Shown in pieces: positions 35,401 to 42,670 of a stretch of DNA of 63,605 bases. Below the pieces are notes generated by a model, which saw only the letters and a list, made by a program, of their open reading frames with translations, had not been told where the DNA came from and ran no database searches. Position 1 is the first letter of the stretch. Every line of letters begins with the position of its first letter. The stretch lies in NCBI GenBank assembly GCA_964629365.1, contig CAZVRB010000005.1:1-63605 (forward strand). The letters are read 5' to 3'. A program made the translations under genes and the position numbers. Origin of the DNA: an uncultured Leptospiraceae bacterium (GTDB lineage Bacteria > Spirochaetota > UBA4802 > UB4802).

Positions 35401-36877
35401 ACTCTGGGAGGCGGGTGCCAAGGCCCAGGGGCTTGTTATAGCCGCAAATATGGATGGCATCAATGTACCCGATGGAATTGTACTGTCAGCTGATCTATAC
35501 AAGCGGGTTAAAGATGGAAATATTGATAATCCCCGTTTTAAACGTAAGCTCATATACATGCTGAAAAAATATATCGATCAGTTCACCGATTACCGTTTCG
35601 GTAATCCCCACAAGCCAATGCTCTTGTCAGTGAGAAGCGGTGCGGTATTCTCCATGCCTGGTGTTATGGATACAATAACTAATGTGGGTATAACCCAGGA
35701 AATTGTTGAAACACTTACTGGATTAGATGAATGGTTTGCCTATGACTGCTACAGAAGGCTTATTCATGATTTTGCCATATCGTTTTTCGATATGGACAGG
35801 TGGGTGTTCGAGGATTTGATATCACAGGCTAAGGATGAAGCGGGTGTTCCGCTAAAGGAGCAATTGTCCGGAAAGCAGATGGAGATTCTTACAAAAAAAT
35901 ACAGGTTTGCCATCAACAGGGAGGGGTATTCAATCCCCAAGGATCCTTACGAACAGCTTTTTTATGCAATTGTTGCCGTGTATAAATCATGGGATTCGCA
36001 GCTTGCCGGTGACTACAGGAAATTTGTCAACATCTCCGACGAATGGGGAACCTCGGTGGTTGTTCAGAGAATGGTATTCGGTAATCTTTCACCGGTATCC
36101 ATTACCGGCGTGGTACACAGTAAGTATATCGGATATGAAAACATAAGTCTTTTCGGAGAGTACAAGACGCGGGCCCAGGGACACGATATTGTAAGCGGTG
36201 TGGCACGGGTGTTTCCCATAAGCGATGAACAGAAACGAAAACATTCACAGTCGGCCCAATACCCGTCTCTTGAGTCTACCTATCCCGGGCATTATAAGAA
36301 ATTATTTGAAGCGGTAAAGCGTATCAGGGACCGTTGGAACAATGATGTTGAGATCGAGTTTACTTTCGAGAATGACGTCCTGTATGTACTACAGGTAAGG
36401 GGTATGACTCACCATATTTTTGAAACGGAAGAACTGGTGGAAACCCCGGAGGAATTAAAAGAATATCTTCTCGGACAGGGACTGGCAGCCTCGGGCGGCG
36501 CGTTATCAGGAAGAGCAGTGTTCTCCCTTGACCGGATTGACACGTTGAGAATGCGCTATCCCCGGGGAAGATTAATATTCATAAGGGCAGAAACAAACCC
36601 GGAGGACGTGGTGGGTTTGCAGAAAACCGATGGTATTTTAACAAGCGTCGGGGGTATGACATCTCACGCCGTATTGCAGATGCGGCGTCTTGAAAAAGCT
36701 GGTGTCAGTGATTTCTCCATCATGAAAACGAATGAACGTGACGGTATGGCAGTTATAAACAGGGAAACCCAGGAGAAAGGGAAAGTGGTAATACGGGAAG
36801 GCGATTTCCTCACTATCGACGGAAACAATGGAAATGTATATCTTGGTTACCATGAAACCAAAAAAAGGCGTGTTTGA
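32465..36877 (+). CDS. 1470-aa PPDK-related protein: about 950-aa unknown N-terminal region, nucleotide-binding domain, phospho-His domain; no PEP/pyruvate barrel
   Basis: PMLLSVRSGAVFSMPGVMDT, WGTSVVVQRMVFGN, AQGHDIVSG, EIEFT, LQVR, and GILTSVGGMTSHA; the protein ends about 70 aa after the His motif. Confidence 0.85.
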   Translation: MIDQDVYDVHNIILPVKDKVGARKKVENLVSEMTHPNIDWKYMVSGLRSYLYDYIYELEEYSSTVLPVLFHYLAEATQRKRGSTLRAADTFFDRYIFLIRKDISGETALSETTTYFDHAAIEFCEILEEDSKDGFFLEGVNERILNCAELLLERDDDYSEIAYRLLKLLILQYGIYVRNAVVIKNDEFEKLKEIWRHDESEPKDDRDVLRKLLYSVSQTQYEDSLQSLENQGGSNPRGQLESFKNIIDFTHNAKTWERICVISRDLIEEDVIKNDRYILNLLSYLVEKSQQGNDSQLQLFMSRTVASVCSILVRKNKTNLLRQVLNLVLPQLLREIERGGNYYSAFAAIYNLGKTIIETEKVYLVDHFVDMLVRSRFCFPSFTGIASDWSVMVNSSHLENIRTWMRLIELNPPLMKKLAASLIANLKLGGVFLKDTDVFQRDVSRLLNSDYGKVFYLITSLAAVFPAFYHDIGATGNIRTFTERIDTNHQMNDMIHFIRKQVHVESSSRTVILLQRVMEFWMIGDKTVLEGLVPDEVYASLDHVYRLINLDNESVAMRIYMEIRHDFPELVHEKFWDFLSRVEKNRFVEAVKNHDFKDMDPDEKEDALRCFIEYFNTGFPAEMTKMLHHIAGMFDIDTSRKKIWRFVYEIPDDDFRQLFENVSRLDVSKVNVERFITFLHIYRMIFDKYNFSDVRAVEKLELYAEEDLFTPVDDLFKALRGDDVFYALSVLLEQQYHLKWDVLLSDKVFEPVDTIEFKRHIAFGIPSMYGSYKEKKFDTLKVFFHCNLIRQRLFETLIEKINIYPHEPVQYTNLKRVFKLFIQSFEVDGIANYEMRSIASLLDTPNCTLTQFRDIVKSLLDIHGEISDTFNDTFKVVSKVAVKNIGIENIHADFIPPDQPDNPEVIIDRFMRNQIMQSPLLQLMDNLLLRLKLHLAKVTGYIEDQVVLNKVNRRTHRGNLVQPIRKSESAERMDELFVPLWEAGAKAQGLVIAANMDGINVPDGIVLSADLYKRVKDGNIDNPRFKRKLIYMLKKYIDQFTDYRFGNPHKPMLLSVRSGAVFSMPGVMDTITNVGITQEIVETLTGLDEWFAYDCYRRLIHDFAISFFDMDRWVFEDLISQAKDEAGVPLKEQLSGKQMEILTKKYRFAINREGYSIPKDPYEQLFYAIVAVYKSWDSQLAGDYRKFVNISDEWGTSVVVQRMVFGNLSPVSITGVVHSKYIGYENISLFGEYKTRAQGHDIVSGVARVFPISDEQKRKHSQSAQYPSLESTYPGHYKKLFEAVKRIRDRWNNDVEIEFTFENDVLYVLQVRGMTHHIFETEELVETPEELKEYLLGQGLAASGGALSGRAVFSLDRIDTLRMRYPRGRLIFIRAETNPEDVVGLQKTDGILTSVGGMTSHAVLQMRRLEKAGVSDFSIMKTNERDGMAVINRETQEKGKVVIREGDFLTIDGNNGNVYLGYHETKKRRV

Positions 36878-36932
36878 CAGCGAAAAAGTATTGCGATATT
36901 ATTAAGCCATGTACGTGTATACTAAAAGAATA

Positions 36933-37122
36933 TCACCACAGAGGCACAGAGGTGGTATCTACAAAGATCAACGCAAAGGCGCGAAGAACGCGAAGAGCGC
37001 AAAGAAAAGAAAAAGATATTATATTTTTTAAATATTTCCTCTTTGCGTTTCTCTGCGCCCTTTGCGCCTTTGCGGTAAAAAAATACTGATCATTTCTCTG
37101 TCTCTCTGTGCCTCTGTGGTGA
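36933..37122. repeat. Double-nested palindromic intergenic element (element B)
   Basis: Outer TCACCACAGAGGCACAGAG / CTCTGTGCCTCTGTGGTGA; inner ACGCAAAG..GCGCAAAG / CTTTGCG..CTTTGCGGT; right-hand portion closely resembles element A. Confidence 0.9.
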
Positions 37123-37146
37123 GATTTATGATTATGGAGGAGATCT

Positions 37147-38301
37147 ATGGCAGCGGTGATATCACCTGATGCACCTGTTGGTGTTGCGGGGATTGGTAGA
37201 ATAGGTAAATTACTTGTATGGTTTCTCTCGGCAAGGAAACAGCATGATGAGATCGTTGTTTCAACAGGGAGAGAAGTTGGTAAATCTCTTGAAGATCTTG
37301 CAATGTACTTCGAATATGATTCTACATATGGGCCGTATTCCAGGTTCATCGGGGGATTCCAAAACCAGCAGGCAGTGGAAATAAAGAATGATACCCTGTA
37401 CATGAACGGGGTGAAGATAACCTGGCTGAACGATCCCGAGTTCAGAACACCGGGGAACATTCCCTGGTCACGTCATGGTGTTGAAGTTGTGTTCGATACT
37501 ACCGGTAATATGACCGACCCTGTGAAAAAAGATGAAAACTCGCTGCGGGGGCATTTGAACCAGGCACGAAAGGTTATACTAACTGCCCCGTTCAAGATAA
37601 AGGATAAAGGTACTCCGATGCCGGATGACGCCATCACACTGGTTGGCGGAGTTAACTTTGAGAAATATGACGGTGCGGTACATAATGTTATATCCAACGC
37701 GTCGTGTACTACCAATTGTTGTGCCCCCCCTATAAAGGCACTGGTAGATCATTTTGGTGAGAAACTGGTTTCCTACTCGTTAACTACTGTACACGCGGCC
37801 ACTAATTCGCAGGCTGTACTTGATACCCTGCCAAAGGCAGGAGACAAAGATACACGGAAACGGCGAAGTATCATCAATACCATTATCCCCACGTCAACCG
37901 GGGCGGCAAACGCGGTGCTGGAGGTGATCCCGGAGATACGTGAACTTGGCATCGGCTCGCAGGCTTCAGCAATCCGGGTGCCCACCAATACAGGCTCAAT
38001 AGTTGTGCTGGATATCTCGGTGCTGGGTGAATTTGATAATGACTATATTCACCAGATTTTCAGTGAGTATTCAAAGAAGTATCCTGATATTCTTAAATAT
38101 TCCAACCAGCAGCTTGTCAGCAGCGATATAGTTGGCAGCGTTTATTCCACCATATACGATGAAAGCTTTACCCATCACCGGACATCAAGAAGAGGTGATG
38201 AGTACTATACGATGGTAGACCTGAACTTCTGGTATGACAATGAATTTGGCTATGTCAACTCCCTTGGAAGACTCTATGATCTTGTTACCGGACGACGATA
38301 A
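37147..38301 (+). CDS. Atypical type I glyceraldehyde-3-phosphate dehydrogenase-family protein
   Basis: GIGRIGK, SNASCTTNC (catalytic Cys), TVHAAT, IIPTSTGAA, RVPT, WYDNEFGY; 384 aa with insertions. Confidence 0.85.
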   Translation: MAAVISPDAPVGVAGIGRIGKLLVWFLSARKQHDEIVVSTGREVGKSLEDLAMYFEYDSTYGPYSRFIGGFQNQQAVEIKNDTLYMNGVKITWLNDPEFRTPGNIPWSRHGVEVVFDTTGNMTDPVKKDENSLRGHLNQARKVILTAPFKIKDKGTPMPDDAITLVGGVNFEKYDGAVHNVISNASCTTNCCAPPIKALVDHFGEKLVSYSLTTVHAATNSQAVLDTLPKAGDKDTRKRRSIINTIIPTSTGAANAVLEVIPEIRELGIGSQASAIRVPTNTGSIVVLDISVLGEFDNDYIHQIFSEYSKKYPDILKYSNQQLVSSDIVGSVYSTIYDESFTHHRTSRRGDEYYTMVDLNFWYDNEFGYVNSLGRLYDLVTGRR

Positions 38302-39230
38302 TGCATTCTCATGATCATTCTCATTCACACGGCCATAATCATTCAGGTGGTGTAAGTACTAATGCCCGTTTTTTCTGGGTAATCCTGTTCAATGTTGTTA
38401 TTACCGTTGCGGAGTATATCGGTGGTATTTTATCAGGAAGTCTTGCCCTGCTATCCGATGCGGGACATAACCTGTCTGATGTCCTTTCCCTGGTGCTGGG
38501 TTATATCGGGCAGAAGGTGTCAGCAAGGGAGCCTGGAAGAAAGTATACCTTTGGCCTGAAGCGTTTTGAAGTGCTGATTGCCCTGGTCAATGCCCTTGGC
38601 CTGCTGTTTATCGGGGGGTATATCGTGGTGGAAGCCTTTCAGAGGTATAACAATCCCGTTGATATCCAGCCGGGAATTATGCTTCCCGTAGCCCTTATCG
38701 GGCTGGCGGGGAATGTGTTTTCCATTATGGTTTTGCAAAGCAGCCGAAAGGACAATCTTAATATGAAGGCGGCATTTCTCCACCTGCTGTATGATGCCAT
38801 ATCTTCCGTAGCAGTTATTATTACCGGGGTGGTGGTGTTATTTACCGGGTGGATGATGCTTGACCTTGTGGTCAGCCTTGTGATTGTATTCATGATAGTG
38901 TGGAGTTCCATGGAGATATTGCGTGATGCCGTCCGCATTTTTATGCAGGGCGTGCCCCGAAATATTGATCCCGAAGAGGTTTACCAGGGTATACTGGATG
39001 TGCCGCAGGTATCAACCGTGCATGGCCTGCATATATGGTCAGTGAGTTCAACGGAGATTTTTCTTTCATGTCACATCTGTGTGGACGCAGAACCTGGAAC
39101 TGTTGATACCGACCAGGTAATTAATGACGTAAACACGGTTCTGGATCGACAGTTTGGGATACAGCACACGACCCTGCAGGTTGAAAATGTCAACCTTTGC
39201 CGGGAAAATGGCGGAACGTGCTGCAGGTGA
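38301..39230 (+). CDS. Cation diffusion facilitator (CzcD/ZitB-like)
   Basis: His-rich N-terminus, SLALLSDAGHNLSD, TFGLKRFE, LHLLYDA, HGLHIW, HTTLQVE. Confidence 0.93.
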   Translation: MHSHDHSHSHGHNHSGGVSTNARFFWVILFNVVITVAEYIGGILSGSLALLSDAGHNLSDVLSLVLGYIGQKVSAREPGRKYTFGLKRFEVLIALVNALGLLFIGGYIVVEAFQRYNNPVDIQPGIMLPVALIGLAGNVFSIMVLQSSRKDNLNMKAAFLHLLYDAISSVAVIITGVVVLFTGWMMLDLVVSLVIVFMIVWSSMEILRDAVRIFMQGVPRNIDPEEVYQGILDVPQVSTVHGLHIWSVSSTEIFLSCHICVDAEPGTVDTDQVINDVNTVLDRQFGIQHTTLQVENVNLCRENGGTCCR

Positions 39231-39241
39231 ACTGCCGGCTG

Positions 39242-40165
39242 TCATTCCCACTTCACCTTCCCGATAAGTGCGTCAAGATTTGGTACCAGCAGGTCTTGTT
39301 CTTTACGTCCCCGAACGGGTGTTGCGCCGTACTCTTTAATTAGTAAGGGATTGCCCTTAGCGCTTTCTGGATATTCTGCGTATTCAGTAACGAAAAGGGG
39401 TGTCTTGTGGTGGACGGCCGATTTGCCTGCCTCGAATATTCCACCTTCTTCGGGTGCTTCAACTATGTATACGGCCAGTGTCATGGCACAGATAATACTA
39501 TTTCGGCTGTAGGAGTTATATACCGAGTATTCTTCTACGGGGTAGAACGGTGAAACAAAACAGAACCTGGTAAGATCCATAACCTCTGCCAGCGCCTCGG
39601 GAACGTTCAGGTGAAACATGCCGTGTGGAAGCACGGCGATGCTGCTCCCACCGTGTTCAAGGGCGCCCCGATGTGCCAGGTGTCCTGCACCTCTTGAAAA
39701 ACCGCTGGCAACAGGAATGTCATGCCGTGAAAGTTCCCGTGAGGCTAAAAATGAGATCATCTCACCCCTGTCGCTTACATCCCGGTATCCCAGGACCGCG
39801 GCTGACTTTTTCTTCAGAATTGACTTTTCTCCATACGTGTAGAGTACCGGTGGTGCCGTGTTTTTCATTGTATCAGCCAGGCGACGCGGGTATGACTCAT
39901 CAAAAAGCAGTATTGTATCAATGCCTGCCTCGATAAGCCGGGTGTAATCCTCGTCAATTTTTGGAAGGAGTTCCCTGGCCTGGAGAAGAAGATCGCTTAA
40001 CTTTTCAGTGAAGCCAAGCTCATGTTGTATTTCTTTACCGTCAAGGTCGAACATGTCAGTAACAGTCAACTGCAGTTCTGACAATTTCTGATGAACCTGG
40101 GTAAGGGAAGCCGTACCAATACCCTTCGTGGACGCGAGTGCGATCCAGTACTTGTGTTGACTCAT
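39242..40165 (-). CDS. dprA: Divergent DprA/Smf (SLOG) family DNA-processing protein
   Basis: YP..L....PPVLY..G, SGFSRG...AHRGAL, SRN.II......IVEA...G; no C-terminal winged helix apparent. Confidence 0.72.
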   Translation of the reverse strand: MSQHKYWIALASTKGIGTASLTQVHQKLSELQLTVTDMFDLDGKEIQHELGFTEKLSDLLLQARELLPKIDEDYTRLIEAGIDTILLFDESYPRRLADTMKNTAPPVLYTYGEKSILKKKSAAVLGYRDVSDRGEMISFLASRELSRHDIPVASGFSRGAGHLAHRGALEHGGSSIAVLPHGMFHLNVPEALAEVMDLTRFCFVSPFYPVEEYSVYNSYSRNSIICAMTLAVYIVEAPEEGGIFEAGKSAVHHKTPLFVTEYAEYPESAKGNPLLIKEYGATPVRGRKEQDLLVPNLDALIGKVKWE

Positions 40166-40208
40166 GCATTATCCTGGTATGATAGATTTCATCGTAAATT
40201 GAACGTGA

Positions 40209-40236
40209 ATTGTATATACAGGCATATGGCTGTCAA
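40209..40236 (-). promoter_or_regulatory. Putative sigma-70 promoter of dprA
   Basis: Minus strand: TTGACA, 16-bp spacer, TACAAT. Confidence 0.55.
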
Positions 40237-40316
40237 TCATTAACTTTCTGCCAATTGCTATTCACTTTTCGCCAAACAGATTTCTGTTAAATATACAAAA
40301 AAATATATTTTCATTA

Positions 40317-40344
40317 TTGACATATAGTATGCAATTATTAGTGT
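40317..40344 (+). promoter_or_regulatory. Putative promoter of acyl-CoA dehydrogenase 1
   Basis: TTGACA, 16-bp spacer, TAGTGT; a second TTGACA lies at 40393-40398. Confidence 0.45.
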
Positions 40345-40486
40345 AACAATGTGCCCCAACCAGCATTATTTTTTGTTAGTCGGGTACAATAGTTGACAAT
40401 TCTCTGGAAGTCTCATCGAATTGTAACATAAAGGGACTGTGTAGTTTTAATTATTTTATTTTTTACAAACGTGTAGGAGGTTTTAT

Positions 40487-42358
40487 ATGGCGTTAAATCC
40501 ATTGGTTGATTCTCGGGATGTGCGCTTTGTACTGTATGAAATGATGGACGTGGAAAGCCTTACGAAGTTTGAAAAATACGCTGACTTCGACAAGGACATG
40601 TTTGAAGACATGCTCAACCTGGCAGAAACAATGGCCGTGGAAGAGATCTACCCCACATTTGAAGAAGGTGACAAAGATGGCTGCCATTACATTGGCGACA
40701 CAAAGGAAGTAAAAATTCCTGAGTGCTATCATCCCGCTCTTAACAAGTTTTATGAAGCCGGTTTCGGCGGTATGGACGTTGACGCGGAATGGGGCGGCAT
40801 GGGTATCCCACAGGTTATCGCGTGGGCATGTAACGAGTATTTTTGCTCGGCTAACTATCCGCTTATGATGTATCCAGGCCTTACACATGGGGCGGCAGAG
40901 CTTATCGAGGTTTTTGGTACACAGGAACAGAAAGAAACCTATCTTGAAAAGATGTATCTTGGAGAGTGGGGTGGTTCCATGTGTCTTACCGAACCGGATG
41001 CCGGTTCAGATGTTGGCGCTCTGAAAACAAAGGCTGTCCGACAGGATGACGGCACCTATAAAATTGTTGGACAGAAAATATTTATATCATCAGGTGACAA
41101 TGATTACTATGGCAACATGATACACCCGGTACTTGCAAGAATTGAAGGAGATCCCCCCGGAACAAAGGGAATCTCAATCTTTATTGTTCCAAAATACCTT
41201 GTGAAAGAAGATGGTAGTAACGGTGAATTTAATGATGTATCATGCGCGGGCATAGAGCACAAGATGGGAATCAAGGGCTCTGCCACCTGTACACTCAGCT
41301 TCGGTGACAACGGTAATTGTGTTGGGTATCTTCTGGGTGAAGAGCGAAAAGGTATGAAGATCATGTTCAGAATGATGAACTATGCCAGGATGGGTGTTGG
41401 TCTTCAGGGACATGCCACCGCTTCTGCCGCATATATGCATTCTGTTACTTACGCAAAAAACCGTATACAGGGTGTTCATGTAACACAGATGCTGAATCCT
41501 GAAGCAAAAGGGGTAAGTATTGTTAATCACCCTGACATCAAGAGGATGCTGATGTATATGAAGTCTCATCTTGAAGCGCAAAGGGCTATGATTTACTACC
41601 TTTACAAGAACTACGAGCTTGCCACATTACTTGATGGTGAAGAGGCAAAAGAAGCACAGGCCCTTGTTGAGATCATCACTCCCGTAGAAAAGGCAGGCTG
41701 CACAGATTCATCAGTTTTCTTGACTTCTGAGGCAATGCAGGTTTTTGGTGGATACGGTTATTGCGGGGACTATCCAATTGAGCAGATGATGAGAAACGCA
41801 AAGATTACTGCTATATACGAAGGTACAAACGGTATCCAGGCAATGGACCTTACCATGAGAAAGATTCTTATGAACCCTGAACAGTATAACTACGGTGTTC
41901 TGAAGAAAAGAATCATGGATACAGTCAGCAAGGCCAGGGGTGTTGTAGATGATAAGTATGTTGACCTGGTTGAAAGAGGAGTTAACAAGCTTGACGAGGT
42001 TGTTGAGATGCTGAAAGGCCAGATGGCAGGTGGTAAGTTTCTCCATCTCTTTGCCAATGCCACACCTCTTGAGCAGGCTATGTACATGCTGATTCTTGGA
42101 TGGATGCACCTCTGGATGATGACCATCACAGTTCCCAAGATGAAAGAACTGGTTGGTGACAAGAAAGGTGAAGAGAGAGATGCCCTTCTTAAAGATAACC
42201 AGGAAGCAGCTTTCTATTCAGGCAAGGTTCTGTCTTCACAGTTCTATATCGGCGCAGAATTTCCCAAGTATTTCGGTAACATTGAAGCACTTCTGGGTGG
42301 TGAAAGCGCTGTTATCAAGGCCAGCGAAGAAATTTTTACAGGCGCTCTTGACGAATAA
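40487..42358 (+). CDS. Long-form acyl-CoA dehydrogenase, copy 1
   Basis: MCLTEPDAGSDVG, GQKIFIS, IEHKMGI, FGGYGY, IYEGTNGIQ (catalytic Glu). Confidence 0.95.
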   Translation: MALNPLVDSRDVRFVLYEMMDVESLTKFEKYADFDKDMFEDMLNLAETMAVEEIYPTFEEGDKDGCHYIGDTKEVKIPECYHPALNKFYEAGFGGMDVDAEWGGMGIPQVIAWACNEYFCSANYPLMMYPGLTHGAAELIEVFGTQEQKETYLEKMYLGEWGGSMCLTEPDAGSDVGALKTKAVRQDDGTYKIVGQKIFISSGDNDYYGNMIHPVLARIEGDPPGTKGISIFIVPKYLVKEDGSNGEFNDVSCAGIEHKMGIKGSATCTLSFGDNGNCVGYLLGEERKGMKIMFRMMNYARMGVGLQGHATASAAYMHSVTYAKNRIQGVHVTQMLNPEAKGVSIVNHPDIKRMLMYMKSHLEAQRAMIYYLYKNYELATLLDGEEAKEAQALVEIITPVEKAGCTDSSVFLTSEAMQVFGGYGYCGDYPIEQMMRNAKITAIYEGTNGIQAMDLTMRKILMNPEQYNYGVLKKRIMDTVSKARGVVDDKYVDLVERGVNKLDEVVEMLKGQMAGGKFLHLFANATPLEQAMYMLILGWMHLWMMTITVPKMKELVGDKKGEERDALLKDNQEAAFYSGKVLSSQFYIGAEFPKYFGNIEALLGGESAVIKASEEIFTGALDE

Positions 42359-42384
42359 TAGCTTTCAATGGTTTGCATTCAATC

Positions 42385-42416
42385 AAAAAGACGGGGACTT
42401 CTCCCCGTCTTTTTTT
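42385..42416 (+). terminator. Intrinsic terminator
   Basis: AAAAAGACGGGGA-CTTC-TCCCCGTCTTTTT stem followed by further T residues. Confidence 0.85.
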
Positions 42417-42573
42417 ATGCTTGAGGTTTATCCGGCCATATTTCTTCTGTTTATCAATCAAATCAATAAAACATATTTTTATATATAAAATATAATTAAC
42501 AACTTGTTGGTAATGGTCAAAGTCACATTTACACAAATGAACAAAATATGAATGATGATAACATAACAAATAA

Positions 42574-42601
42574 TTGACAAATACAGGTGAAATTTTATGC
42601 T
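42574..42601 (+). promoter_or_regulatory. Putative promoter of acyl-CoA dehydrogenase 2
   Basis: TTGACAAAT-N13-TATGCT. Confidence 0.55.
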
Positions 42602-42670
42602 GAGTACTGGTAACTTGATGTGTTACAACTTACCACTAAATATATATTAAAATTTTTACAGGAGGTCTTT

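Noticed and set aside
36874-37460. ORFs crossing element B (36874-37089 +, 36933-37460 -) and element A (16050-16232 -)
   Set aside because: Their RRTRRAQR / LCALCAFA peptides are just translations of the repeat arms.
39242-40165. DprA-like gene as part of an anti-phage system (e.g. ShosTA-like)
   Set aside because: No partner PRTase, toxin or other defence gene is adjacent; kept only as a low-interest divergence note.
1301-42627. Recurrent TGTAACA/TGTTACA as a global operator (1304, 31161, 31403, 40342, 40422, 42621)
   Set aside because: Several copies are simply the end of a predicted -10 plus following bases, and the motif is short in AT-rich DNA; no consistent dyad or spacing.
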